The position numbers and the translations under genes are program-made. This document shows positions 48,172 to 58,018 of a stretch of DNA of 64,000 nt, in pieces; positions within the stretch are counted from its first letter, which is position 1, and the number at the start of each line of letters is the position of its first letter. A model generated the notes under the pieces. It was not told the DNA's origin. It ran no database searches and was given only the letters and a program-made list of their open reading frames with translations. Source of the stretch: an uncultured Candidatus Saccharibacteria bacterium (GTDB lineage Bacteria; Patescibacteriota; UBA1384; CAYJQE01); assembly GCA_964372245.1 (NCBI GenBank), contig CAYJQE010000002.1, positions 206 through 64,205 on the forward strand, written 5' to 3'.

Positions 48172-49284
48172 GTGAAGATCGGTCTTGATGTCAGAGAGCT
48201 GGCGAAGCCGAAGGCCGGCAAAGCCGTCTATCTCCTTGAGCTTTTGAAGGCTTTCAGTCGGATTTCTAATCATCAGTTGATTCTCTATACCGACCGCCGT
48301 TTTTCACTTAAAAGACTGGGTTTGGCGGGAGACTTGAAACTTCGAATTCTGCCCGGTCGGGGCCTTATCTGGCAGTGGCGGTTGGCCAAAATTCTGAAAT
48401 TGGAGACCGATCTCTTTTTTTCCGCCCTTTCCTATGTCGCCGCCAGCTTGACTCAAGTCAGAACCGTTCTCGTTGTTCACGACCTGGCGAGCTTTCTTTT
48501 TCCCAAATTTTCGACTCCGAAAACCCGACTCGTCGAGCGGTTTTTTCTGCCGGTCGCGGCGAGGCGGGCGAAGATGATCTTTGTTTCTTCAAAATCAACA
48601 AAAAAAGATCTTTTGAACCTGATTGCCGTTCCCCCGGATCGGGTCAGAGTTTCTTATCTTGGAGTCAACAAAATCTATTTCGAAAAGGTAACCGAATTAA
48701 AAATAAAAGAGATTCTCAATCGCTACCGGCTACCAAAAAATTTTTTGCTCTTTCTCGGGACTCTTGAACCGAGGAAAAATCTTGAGCGTTTGATCGAAGG
48801 CTTTTTTTTGCTTTCTGGCAAACTAAAAAGGCAGTATATACTAGTTATCGCCGGTCGGAAGGGTTGGAAATATCGGCCGATTTTTCGGGCCGTCGAAGAA
48901 CTTGAGTTGACCGATCGGGTAGTCTTTCTCGATTATATCGAGGACGGCGATCTTCCGGCTCTCTATCAAGCCGCTCGAGCCCTGGTCTTCCCGGCTTACT
49001 ACGAGGGTTTTGGTCTGCCGCCGCTTGAGGCGATGGCTTCCGGTCTGCCGGTTCTTGTCAGTCGAGCCGGTTCCTTGCCCGAGGTAGTCGGCGGAGCCGG
49101 CTTTTATGTCGAAACCGAAAATCCGAGAACCATCGCCAAGGCCGTCGAGATGGTCCTGAAAAATCCGGCCCTTACGAAAAAGCGAATTTTGATCGGTCGC
49201 GAAAGGGCGAGTTCGTTCAGTTGGCAAAAAACGGCGAGTCAGGTCTTAAGCGGCTTGGACGAAGTTTTCAAAGCGTCGGGTTGA
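48172..49284 (+). CDS. Family 4 glycosyltransferase (contains an 11/12 copy of the AGTATATACTAT motif at 48833-48844)
   Basis: 'EGFGLPPLEAMASGLPVLVSRAGSLPEVVG'. GTG start. Confidence 0.8.
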   Translation: MKIGLDVRELAKPKAGKAVYLLELLKAFSRISNHQLILYTDRRFSLKRLGLAGDLKLRILPGRGLIWQWRLAKILKLETDLFFSALSYVAASLTQVRTVLVVHDLASFLFPKFSTPKTRLVERFFLPVAARRAKMIFVSSKSTKKDLLNLIAVPPDRVRVSYLGVNKIYFEKVTELKIKEILNRYRLPKNFLLFLGTLEPRKNLERLIEGFFLLSGKLKRQYILVIAGRKGWKYRPIFRAVEELELTDRVVFLDYIEDGDLPALYQAARALVFPAYYEGFGLPPLEAMASGLPVLVSRAGSLPEVVGGAGFYVETENPRTIAKAVEMVLKNPALTKKRILIGRERASSFSWQKTASQVLSGLDEVFKASG

Positions 49285-50525
49285 TGAGAATCACTTTTTT
49301 AGCGCCCTTTGTCCATCTCTCGGGCGGGATTAGGGTTGTTTTTGAACTGGCCGCCGATCTCTCGGCGCGCGGCCACAATGTTACCGTCGTCTATCCCGGC
49401 CGGCTCGAGAGCGAGAACTTTTCGAAGATGGGCTGGCTTGAGAAGGTTTTGCGATTTTGGAAATATCGGCTTTTCGTTGATCTTCTCCGGCTTCACGAAG
49501 CCAAGTGGTTCGAAAATTACTCGCGGTTTAAGATTATTCGGCGGCCGACTTTCGAGAATCAATACCTTCCAGAGGCCGACATTTTAGTCGCGACCGGCGA
49601 CTGGGCGGCTGGCTGGCTGCTCGATTGCGATAATCGAAAAGGTCGGAAATTTCATCTCATTCAAGGTTATGAAACCTGGTTTCGACCGGAAAGAGAGGTT
49701 AAAAAAAGTTGGCGGTTGCCAATTGACAAGCTGGTTGTCTCGAATTACCTCTATCAAATAGCCAAAAAACTCGGTCAAGAAAGGCGAACGGAAATGATCG
49801 GACCGCTTGGCCTTGATCGCTCGCTTTTGGGGGTGAAGCGAAGACCGGACAAAAAAATCAGGATTCTGATGCTCTACCATCAGTCGGCCAACAAGGGGCT
49901 ATCGGCGGGAATTTCAGCTGTCAGAGAGGTTAAAAAAGACCATCCCGAGATCGAGTTGTGGATGTATGGTAGTATATACTATTCCGAGAAAGAGCCGAAC
50001 GAAGGTATGAAAAAATCTGGACTCGGCTTCAAACCGGACGGAAAAAATAGTATATACTATCTCGATAAAAGCTCGATGAGGGCTCTGAAAAAAAAGTCTC
50101 CGCTTGATCGCCGCTCTAGCCGGCAAGAAAATAGTATATACTATTTTGAAAAAGAATTAACGAATGTTCTAGACAGATATATCCTTCGTCCCAGACCGAG
50201 TCAGCTGGCTAGTATATACTATTTCGCCGATATCTTTCTTTGGCCGGCGGACAATGAGGGCTTTGGACTGCCGCCTTTTGAGGCGATGGCGGCCGGCTTG
50301 GCGGTTGTCACAACTAAGAGCGGAGCGATGCCGGAAATCGGTCTTGAGGGAAAGACCGTTCTTTTCGTGCGACCCGGTGATATCGGCGGCATGAAAGCGG
50401 CCCTTTCACGTTTGATTGAAGACCGAGAGCTTAGGCTTAGACTTGGTCGGGCGGCGAGACGGAGAGTCGAGGCCCACACCTGGCCAAAGTTCACCGACCG
50501 TTTTTTAAAAGCCATCTCGAAATGA
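49284..50525 (+). CDS. Family 4 glycosyltransferase carrying an ~50-aa low-complexity in-frame insertion built from 4 SIYY-initiated repeat units
   Basis: 'NEGFGLPPFEAMAAGLAVVTTKSGAMPEIG' EX7E. Start at ATG 49284 (TGATG junction with upstream gene; ORF track gives 49221). Insertion 'GSIYYSEKEPNEG...NSIYYLDKSS...NSIYYFEKEL...ASIYYFADIF'. Confidence 0.75.
   Translation: MRITFLAPFVHLSGGIRVVFELAADLSARGHNVTVVYPGRLESENFSKMGWLEKVLRFWKYRLFVDLLRLHEAKWFENYSRFKIIRRPTFENQYLPEADILVATGDWAAGWLLDCDNRKGRKFHLIQGYETWFRPEREVKKSWRLPIDKLVVSNYLYQIAKKLGQERRTEMIGPLGLDRSLLGVKRRPDKKIRILMLYHQSANKGLSAGISAVREVKKDHPEIELWMYGSIYYSEKEPNEGMKKSGLGFKPDGKNSIYYLDKSSMRALKKKSPLDRRSSRQENSIYYFEKELTNVLDRYILRPRPSQLASIYYFADIFLWPADNEGFGLPPFEAMAAGLAVVTTKSGAMPEIGLEGKTVLFVRPGDIGGMKAALSRLIEDRELRLRLGRAARRRVEAHTWPKFTDRFLKAISK
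49971..50222. repeat. Quasi-periodic (78/84/78 nt) in-frame AT-rich tandem repeat, each unit starting with perfect 12-mer AGTATATACTAT (10-nt palindrome AGTATATACT); fifth exact copy at 51170-51181 and an 11/12 copy at 48833-48844
   Basis: Exact 12-mers at 49971, 50049, 50133, 50211 and 51170, all in codon phase AGT-ATA-TAC-TAT (S-I-Y-Y). Local AT-richness contrasts with a ~53% GC genome. Confidence 0.85.
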
Positions 50526-51460
50526 GCGCGAAAGTCGGTCTCAAATATCGGTTGATCGTTATCAATTGGAACGGATTTGAGGACACCGGCCGCTGTCTCG
50601 AATCAATCAAAGCCGCCGCTTCGGGTCGAGGCGATGTCGGGCTTTTGGTTCTTGACAACGGTTCGACCGACGATCAGGCCGGGGCCCTCAAGAGAGAGTC
50701 GCCCTCGATCGATCTCCTTAGAAGCAAGACCAATCTCGGTTTCGCCGGCGGTAATAACTTGGCGATCAAGTGGGCCTTGAGGCGAGGCGGGAGCTGGCTG
50801 ATTCTTTTGAACAACGACACTATAGTCGCCAAAAATTTCTTTCAGGTTCTTGACGAGGAACTTTCAGAGCCGGCTCTCTACGGCGGCAAGGGCTATTATC
50901 TTGGATCGGAAATCGCGAATCGGATCTTGAGCAAGACGGAAAGACCTCTCTTTGAGGGCGGGGAAATTGATTGGCTTCGGGGGACCGGCCGCCATAAAAT
51001 CGAACTGAAGGTCAAAAACCGGCAAGGCAGGATCGAGGTGGATTTCTTAACCGGCGCCTGCCTGATTGTTCATCGAAAGATTTTCCGATCGGTCGGCCTT
51101 TTCGACGAGGCCTTCTTCGCTTACAACGAGGATGCCGATTTTTGTCTCCGGGCGAGGAAAAAGGGAGTTAGTATATACTATCTTCCGAGGTTGATCTATT
51201 GGCATAAGGAGGCGGCCTCGACCGGAAAGAAATCGCCAACCTTTTGGTATCTCAACACGAGAAACAAATGGTTGTTGATGAAAAAGCACGCCAGTCCCGG
51301 CCGTTGGCCAGCCTTCCTTCTTTACTTTTTTTTCGTTAAACCGCTGGCCTTCCGTCTCTTGGCCCTCCTCAAGTTCAATCGAGAAAACCTCGAGGCTTTT
51401 CGGGCGACCTTGAACGGAACGGCAGACGCCATCCTTGGCCGTTTTGGCCAACCCGAATGA
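50522..51460 (+). CDS. Family 2 glycosyltransferase
   Basis: 'LIVINWNGFEDTGRCLESI', 'LDNGSTDD', 'YNEDADFCLRARKKG' GT2 blocks. ATGA overlap with upstream GT4. Contains motif copy 5 ('VSIYYLP'). Confidence 0.75.
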   Translation: MSAKVGLKYRLIVINWNGFEDTGRCLESIKAAASGRGDVGLLVLDNGSTDDQAGALKRESPSIDLLRSKTNLGFAGGNNLAIKWALRRGGSWLILLNNDTIVAKNFFQVLDEELSEPALYGGKGYYLGSEIANRILSKTERPLFEGGEIDWLRGTGRHKIELKVKNRQGRIEVDFLTGACLIVHRKIFRSVGLFDEAFFAYNEDADFCLRARKKGVSIYYLPRLIYWHKEAASTGKKSPTFWYLNTRNKWLLMKKHASPGRWPAFLLYFFFVKPLAFRLLALLKFNRENLEAFRATLNGTADAILGRFGQPE

Positions 51461-51699
51461 AAAAAACCGGCCAGATAGGAGCAGGAACTCAATTGAGGAA
51501 AGTCTGACGATTTCAGCCAGTTTTTGCCGATGAGGCAAGAGAGTGATCAGTCGGGCTGATATGTCGATTGATCCTTTCACGCGAGACTCCTTTTTTAAAG
51601 CGACTTTCCCTCCCGCCATTTTGAGGATGGAGTCTCCACGCTGCGTCTGAATAAAGGCAGCGAGATCGTTAAAGACTGGCTGTGATAAAATGATGGGGC

Positions 51700-53151
51700 G
51701 TGAAAGACCTTTCAGAAAAGCTTTTTGCCAAGAAAGAAAACCTTAATTTATGGCCGGCCGGTCTAATGATAGTTATAGTCTCGGCTTTCTTGATCGTTTC
51801 TTTCGAGATATTGGGTTTGGGAGCGGTTGCGAGTTTTCTGGGCGGGCTTTTGATCCTGATTCTTTTTCTGGCCAATTTAAAGCTCGGCCTTTTATCGGTC
51901 GTCTTTTTCGCCCCGTTTGAAAGGATTCCGAGTCTCGAACTTTTCGGTGTCAGTCTTCGGATCAACCACCTCCTCGTTCCGATTCTGGCCTTTGCCTGGC
52001 TGCTCTCCTCGCTGGCCGGCAAGAAATTGATCATTCGAAAGGATCCGAGCTATCTCTTTTTTGGTCTGATGATTCTTTTTATGACGATTTCAAGCCAAGA
52101 GGCTCTCCTTTCCGATCGAGCCTGGCTCTATCTGGCTTTCACGATTTTCGTCGGTCTGGCTTTTTTCCTTTTGAGCAATCTGGTCAAGCAAGGCTCCGAT
52201 ATCGAAGCCATCGTCCGGGTCGTTCTGATCGCCAGTTCGGCGATCGCTCTCTTTGGCATTTATCAATTCGTCGGCGATATGGCCGGCCTGCCGTCCGAGC
52301 TGACCGGCATAAAATTCGGCTATCACAAGGCCGTTCTTGGCTTTACCAGAATTCAATCGGTCGCTCTCGAACCGCTCTTTTTGGCCAACTATCTTCTTTT
52401 GCCAATCGGTCTGCTCTCGGCCTATCTGATTCTCAAACAGCCCTTCATCGATTCTTTTCGGGCGACCGGCCTTCTCCTGCCCTTGACTTTCGTTTTTTTG
52501 ATGACCCTCTCTCGCGGCGGCTATATCGGTTTGTTAGCCATGTTTCTCGTCTATCTCCTGCTCTTTGCCAAGCAGGTTTTTCGGCCGCGGGTGATTCTTT
52601 CCGGCCTGACGGTCATTTTTTTGGTTGGCGCCGCGGTCTCGGCGATTCTTGATGAGGTCGATCCGGATGCCAAAGAACGGTTCATCAATCATTCAAGAAT
52701 CAACGAAATCGTCGCTGGCGGCCAATCCCTGTTCCAAAGACTGGACAACGCCGAACTGGCCTATAATATCTTTCTGTCAAAACCGCTTTTTGGCGTCGGG
52801 CCGGGAAACTTTGGTCAAGCGGCGACCAACTCCCTTTCCGAGCCGAGAGAGGGCGGTTGGCCGGTTGTCAATAATCAATACCTCGAGATGCTGGCTGAGA
52901 CCGGCCTATTTGGCTTCTTGGCCTTTAGCCTGGTTCTTTTGACCGTTCTTTGGCGTTCGTTTCGAGCTTTCTTGCTAGCCAAAGATCCCTTTCTCAAGGC
53001 AACGGCGCTCGGTTTTCTAGGCGCCTTGATCGGGACCCTCTTTCAATGGTTAACCTTCTCGACAATCTATATCCTGCCGGTTTGGATTCTTTTGGGACTG
53101 ACGGCCGGAATTAGCGGCTTTATCCTCACGAACGAGGGGCCGGCTCGATGA
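51700..53151 (+). CDS. O-antigen ligase/polymerase family protein (Wzy/WaaL-like)
   Basis: ~11 TM plus periplasmic loop 'LSRGGYIGL...FGVGPGNFGQ...NQYLEMLAETGLFGFL' typical of the Wzy_C/O-antigen ligase domain. GTG start. Confidence 0.65.
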   Translation: MKDLSEKLFAKKENLNLWPAGLMIVIVSAFLIVSFEILGLGAVASFLGGLLILILFLANLKLGLLSVVFFAPFERIPSLELFGVSLRINHLLVPILAFAWLLSSLAGKKLIIRKDPSYLFFGLMILFMTISSQEALLSDRAWLYLAFTIFVGLAFFLLSNLVKQGSDIEAIVRVVLIASSAIALFGIYQFVGDMAGLPSELTGIKFGYHKAVLGFTRIQSVALEPLFLANYLLLPIGLLSAYLILKQPFIDSFRATGLLLPLTFVFLMTLSRGGYIGLLAMFLVYLLLFAKQVFRPRVILSGLTVIFLVGAAVSAILDEVDPDAKERFINHSRINEIVAGGQSLFQRLDNAELAYNIFLSKPLFGVGPGNFGQAATNSLSEPREGGWPVVNNQYLEMLAETGLFGFLAFSLVLLTVLWRSFRAFLLAKDPFLKATALGFLGALIGTLFQWLTFSTIYILPVWILLGLTAGISGFILTNEGPAR

Positions 53152-53169
53152 AATCCCCGCCTGAAAGCC

Positions 53170-54261
53170 TTGCCCGAGAATTCTTGGAAGAGTAAGTTGG
53201 GATTGATGAAGCAACTTTTGATTGTCGTTGTCATCGTCTTGGTCGGCTTGAACGCTCTGATTTTCGGGCTTAGGCGAGTCGCTCTCAAACCGGCCGAGCT
53301 TGACTTAAAACCAAGCAAGGTCGCTTATGGCGTCATCCTTCATCCGAACGCTCAACTTTTGCCGGTTGAAAAGGTGATTGAGGCCCAGATGAAGGCGATC
53401 AAGGAACTGGGCGCGACCTTTGTCAAAACCGACCACATCACCAGGACCGGCGAGACCTTTCTAGGTTCGAGCTACAACGATCAAATCGTTAAGGCGGCAA
53501 AGGAGGCCGGCCTTAATTTGGTCTTGGTCATTGATTGGCAGCTTGAGGACATCGAGCCATTTAAGGAAGCTGACATCGAGAGTCGGGCCTTTGAGATTGC
53601 CAAAAAAATCGCTGGTCGCTACCTCGACAAAGTTCGTTATTATCAGATCTCGTCCGAGCCGGGCGGACTGGTCTTGAAATCGCCCTTTCTGCCGGGACTT
53701 GAAAAATCCGATTACGATGAAGAGAGATATCAAAAGATCAAGCTCTGGCTTAAAGGAACGCTTGATGGTCTCGAGGCCGGCGATCCTAAAGCTAAAGCCT
53801 TTATCGTTGGCCAATTCCTCCATCTCGGCTTCTTTGACCGGCTGAAAGACGATGGCATCGATAATTACCACGGCATCGGTTGGGATCTTTATTCCGATGT
53901 TGCCGACAATCTCGAGACGATCAGATATCAAGCCGGCGAGTTCAAATTGCTCGAGAAGCTTAAATCGTACGACAAGGAGCTTTGGCTGACCGAGGTCGCC
54001 AAGCGCGACGGCACGACCGACGGCAACGAGCGAGTCGTCGCCGACTATCTCGAGCGGGTTTTCGACTTTGTCGAGAAGACCGAGGCCATCTCCGGCTACT
54101 TTGTTTACGAGCTGACCGACCAGCCGGCGATCAAGGGCGCGGAGGCCAACTACGGCCTGATCGGTCTGGAAAAAAATCACGATGGCAGCTTTGCCCTTGG
54201 CGTTAAAAAAGAGGCCTACTGGAAACTGAAGGAGCTTTTTCAGACCGCCAAGCGAAAATGA
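53170..54261 (+). CDS. Membrane-anchored TIM-barrel glycoside hydrolase-like protein
   Basis: N-terminal TM ('LLIVVVIVLVGLNALIF'; real start possibly ATG 53206). 'ELWLTEVAKRDG' and 'YFVYELTD' blocks reminiscent of clan GH-A nucleophile/acid-base. Confidence 0.45.
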   Translation: MPENSWKSKLGLMKQLLIVVVIVLVGLNALIFGLRRVALKPAELDLKPSKVAYGVILHPNAQLLPVEKVIEAQMKAIKELGATFVKTDHITRTGETFLGSSYNDQIVKAAKEAGLNLVLVIDWQLEDIEPFKEADIESRAFEIAKKIAGRYLDKVRYYQISSEPGGLVLKSPFLPGLEKSDYDEERYQKIKLWLKGTLDGLEAGDPKAKAFIVGQFLHLGFFDRLKDDGIDNYHGIGWDLYSDVADNLETIRYQAGEFKLLEKLKSYDKELWLTEVAKRDGTTDGNERVVADYLERVFDFVEKTEAISGYFVYELTDQPAIKGAEANYGLIGLEKNHDGSFALGVKKEAYWKLKELFQTAKRK

Positions 54262-54393
54262 GGCAGACTGACGACAAAGGGCCGCGAACTCGGAAAGAGC
54301 TTGAATCTCGGAAAGGGGTTCTCTTCTTTTCGGGCTTTGGTTTTTTCGCCCCCGATTTCGCCCCCGGCTTGGGATGAACTGATTGCTCGGCAG

Positions 54394-55551
54394 ATGGCTA
54401 GGATAGCCATAGATTGTCGGTTTTTTGGTCGCTGGTCGGCCGGTCTTGGCCGGTATGTCGAAGAGTTGGTCAAGAATCTCGCCGATCTTGACAGAAAGAA
54501 TCACTATTTTTTGCTTTTTAACAAAAGGAATTTTGACCAGCTTTCGAATCCAGCCAGAAATATGGAGAAGGTTCTTATCCGGTCGGGCTATTATTCTTTG
54601 GCCGAGCAGACTTTAATGCCTTTCGAGCTCGCTCGGCTTTCGCTCGATCTCGTCCACTTTACTCACTTCAATCACCCGCTTTATTATCGGGGCCGGTTTA
54701 TCGTCAATATTCACGATCTAACCTTGAGCTTTTTTGAATCGAGAAAGCCGACTTCGACAATCAAGTACTTGGCCTATCGCAAGGTTGTCGAAGACGCGGC
54801 CAAAAGGAGCGAAAAGATTATCACTCTGGCTCGCTCAACAGCCAAAGAGGCGAGCCAGCTCTTCAGCCTTCCGGAAGAGAAATTTGTCACCATTCCGATC
54901 GCCGTTGACGAGCGATACAACAGGAGAGTAAAAAACCAAAAATCAAGAATCAAAAGAACGCTCGGGAAATACCGGCTCGAGGCGCCTTATCTGATCTATG
55001 TCGGTCAGCAGCGGCCCCACAAGAACCTTGTTAGGCTGATCGAGGCCTTTGATCGGGTCTCAAAAGCGATTGAGCTTGAAAGCGGCAAGACCGAGATCAA
55101 ATTAGTTTTAGCCGGCGAATCCGATCAAAAATCAAATTTTCTTCAAGAAACGATCTTAAAAAATAAACTCGCCGAGAGAGTCAAATTGACCGGCTTTATT
55201 CCGGACGACGACCTGCCATTTCTAGTCGCCGGCGCCGAAATTTTCCTTTGGCCGTCGCTTAATGAGGGCTTCGGCCTGCCGCCGCTCGAAGCGATGGCTC
55301 TCGGTGTCCCGGTTGTTTCCTCCAATCGCTCGGCCATGCCAGAAGTTTTAGGTCGGGCGGCCCACTACTTTGATCCGGAAAATGTTTCCGATATGGCGGA
55401 GAAAATTAGGGAGACCTTGATTGACGATGAGCTGAAAGCCAGCCTTTCGAAAAATGGTTTCAAGCAGGTCAAAAAGTACTCCTGGCTCAAGATGGCGGCC
55501 GAGACCTTGAGAGTTTATCAAGCGGTCTTAAACGTTAAAACCGAGGTTTAA
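54394..55551 (+). CDS. Family 4 glycosyltransferase
   Basis: 'EGFGLPPLEAMALGVPVVSSNRSAMPEVLG'. Start set at ATG 54394 ('MARIAIDCRFF'); ORF track begins at TTG 54301. Confidence 0.75.
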   Translation: MARIAIDCRFFGRWSAGLGRYVEELVKNLADLDRKNHYFLLFNKRNFDQLSNPARNMEKVLIRSGYYSLAEQTLMPFELARLSLDLVHFTHFNHPLYYRGRFIVNIHDLTLSFFESRKPTSTIKYLAYRKVVEDAAKRSEKIITLARSTAKEASQLFSLPEEKFVTIPIAVDERYNRRVKNQKSRIKRTLGKYRLEAPYLIYVGQQRPHKNLVRLIEAFDRVSKAIELESGKTEIKLVLAGESDQKSNFLQETILKNKLAERVKLTGFIPDDDLPFLVAGAEIFLWPSLNEGFGLPPLEAMALGVPVVSSNRSAMPEVLGRAAHYFDPENVSDMAEKIRETLIDDELKASLSKNGFKQVKKYSWLKMAAETLRVYQAVLNVKTEV

Positions 55552-55627
55552 TGGTCGGCCTAAACTTTGTCTTGACGGCTCTTTTTGCTAAATTGATCTG
55601 GCGGGGAAGGGCTTAAACATAAGATTT

Positions 55628-57649
55628 ATGAGTTTAGTCGATCTTTTTTCTTGGTCGGGAGTTTTGGCCGGCACAATCGCCGTTCTCTACAGTCTTTTTC
55701 TGGCCGCCAGAATCTTGAAACAACCGAGCGGCGGCGAAAAGATGCAAGCGATCGCGGCCGCGATTCAGGAAGGGGCCTATGCCTATCTAAAAAAGCAATA
55801 TCAAGCGGTCGCCATTGTCGCGGTCATTATCGCCGGCTTGATTTACTGGCAGCTCGGTCGCTCTTTGACTCTGACTTTTTTGATCGGGGCGCTACTTTCC
55901 GGCCTGGCCGGGATTGTCGGCATGTCGATTGCCGTCAAGGCCAACGTTCGAACGGCTAAAGCGGCTGAGCAAAGCCTGCCCGCCGCTTTCGATTTGGCCT
56001 TCAAGGGCGGGGCGGTAACCGGCTTCTTGGTTGTCGGCCTAGCTTTGATCGGTCTGTCCTTGACCTTTCTGGTGACCAAAGACGCAAACGCTCTTCTGGG
56101 CCTCGGCTTTGGTGGCTCGCTGATCTCGATCTTCGCCCGGCTAGGCGGCGGCATTTTCACTAAAGCGGCCGATGTTGGCGCCGATCTGGTTGGCAAGGTC
56201 GAGATTGGAATTCCCGAAGACGACCCCCGGAACCCGGCCGTTATCGCCGACAATGTTGGCGACAATGTTGGCGACGACGCTGGCATGGCGGCCGACCTTT
56301 TTGAAACCTATGTCGTGACCGGTTTGGCCGCGATGCTCATCATTCAGATTGAGTTTGGGAGCGAGGCGCTGATCGCCTTTCCTTTGTTGCTCGGGGCGAT
56401 TGCCATTCTTGGCTCAATCATCGCCTCGTTCTTCGTCAAAATTCCCAATAACGAGCGATTGATTATGAACGGCCTCTACCGCGGTCAGATCCTGGCCGGC
56501 CTTTTCTCGGCCGCCGGCTTTTATTTTGCGATTAACCGCTATCTCTCGGCCGCCGGCTTCGATGGCAATCCGGTAAAGATCTTTTTAGCCGCCTTGGTCG
56601 GTCTGGTCATCACCTTTTTGATTGTTCTTTTGACCGATTTCTACACCTCGACGAAATATCGTTCGGTTCAAGCGATCGCTAAGGCCTCGGAGACTGGCCA
56701 CGGGACCAATATCATCGCCGGGCTGGCCCTTTCGATGAGAGTGACCGCGTGGCCGGTCGTTGTCATTGTTGCCGGCATCCATCTCGCTTTTAGCTTGGCC
56801 GGACTCTTGGGCGTAGCGATCGCGGCCTTCGCCTTACTTTCGATGACCGGCATTGTTGTGGCGATCGACGCCTTCGGCCCGATTACCGACAACGCCGGCG
56901 GAATCGCCGAGATGGCTGGTCTCTCGGGCAAGGTTCGGAAAATAACCGACTCGTTGGATGCCGTTGGCAATACGACAAAAGCCGTGACCAAAGGTTACGC
57001 CATCGGTTCGGCCGGCCTCGCCACCCTGGTTCTCTTCGGCGCTTACACCGAGGAGCTCGGTCGGGCTCTCAATCAGGCTGGCAAGGCGGCAGTCGACTTT
57101 AGTCTCTCCGATCCCAAGGTCTTGGTCGGCCTCTTCTTTGGCGGTTTGATGCCTTTTCTTTTCTCGGCCTTCGCGATTGAGGCGGTTGGCCGAACGGCCG
57201 GCGCTGTTGTCCAAGAAGTCAGGCGTCAGTTTAAGACGATCAAGGGGATTATGGAGGGGACGGGAAAACCCGATTATGATCAGGCCGTCTCGATCGTCAC
57301 TAAGGCGGCGATTAAGGAGATGATCAAACCGGCCCTAATACCTGTCCTGGCGCCGATCTTGGTCGGTTTTATTTTGGGACCGGAGGCCTTGGGCGGCCTC
57401 TTGGTTGGCCTGATTATCACCGGTCTTTTTGTCGCTCTGATGATGACAACCGGCGGCGCCGCCTGGGACAACGCGAAAAAATATATCGAGGCCGGGCATC
57501 TCGGCGGCAAAGGATCGGAGGCCCACAAAGCCGCCATCACCGGCGACACCGTCGGCGACCCCTATAAGGACACGGCCGGACCGGCCATCAATCCCTTGAT
57601 CAAAGTCGCCAATATCGTGGCGCTCCTGATCGTTCCCCTGATCGTCTAA
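55628..57649 (+). CDS. hppA: Membrane-bound proton/sodium-translocating pyrophosphatase (H+-PPase)
   Basis: '[11 protein letters not shown]', '[22 protein letters not shown]', '[22 protein letters not shown]' signature blocks. 673 aa, ~16 TM. Confidence 0.85.
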   Translation: MSLVDLFSWSGVLAGTIAVLYSLFLAARILKQPSGGEKMQAIAAAIQEGAYAYLKKQYQAVAIVAVIIAGLIYWQLGRSLTLTFLIGALLSGLAGIVGMSIAVKANVRTAKAAEQSLPAAFDLAFKGGAVTGFLVVGLALIGLSLTFLVTKDANALLGLGFGGSLISIFARLGGGIFTKAADVGADLVGKVEIGIPEDDPRNPAVIADNVGDNVGDDAGMAADLFETYVVTGLAAMLIIQIEFGSEALIAFPLLLGAIAILGSIIASFFVKIPNNERLIMNGLYRGQILAGLFSAAGFYFAINRYLSAAGFDGNPVKIFLAALVGLVITFLIVLLTDFYTSTKYRSVQAIAKASETGHGTNIIAGLALSMRVTAWPVVVIVAGIHLAFSLAGLLGVAIAAFALLSMTGIVVAIDAFGPITDNAGGIAEMAGLSGKVRKITDSLDAVGNTTKAVTKGYAIGSAGLATLVLFGAYTEELGRALNQAGKAAVDFSLSDPKVLVGLFFGGLMPFLFSAFAIEAVGRTAGAVVQEVRRQFKTIKGIMEGTGKPDYDQAVSIVTKAAIKEMIKPALIPVLAPILVGFILGPEALGGLLVGLIITGLFVALMMTTGGAAWDNAKKYIEAGHLGGKGSEAHKAAITGDTVGDPYKDTAGPAINPLIKVANIVALLIVPLIV

Positions 57650-58018
57650 GGCCCCGATCGCTTCCTCCTGGCCGGGACATCGGTTTGAGTTCGATCTTCG
57701 AGACGAGTCTCGATTGGTCGGCCGTTTAATCGTCCGCCCTTTCGGCATTTTTAGCCGACTGGCGAACGATCGGATTTTCATTGCCTTGTCGGCGCTTGAA
57801 GCCGAACCGGCCAAGCCCCGCCGGGTTCTTGAAAGCGGGACGACCCCTCCCCAAGCTAATACCCGACTTTTTTGCTAAATTGACCTTACTATGATTAAAC
57901 CGGCGGCTGAAATTTTTTCTCGGCTGGCGGAGATTGTCTCGGCCGATCTTTTGGGTTTAGTCATTCAAAGTGATTAAAAACCGATGATCCCAACACCTGC
58001 TCAAGAGAGGCTTGGCTG

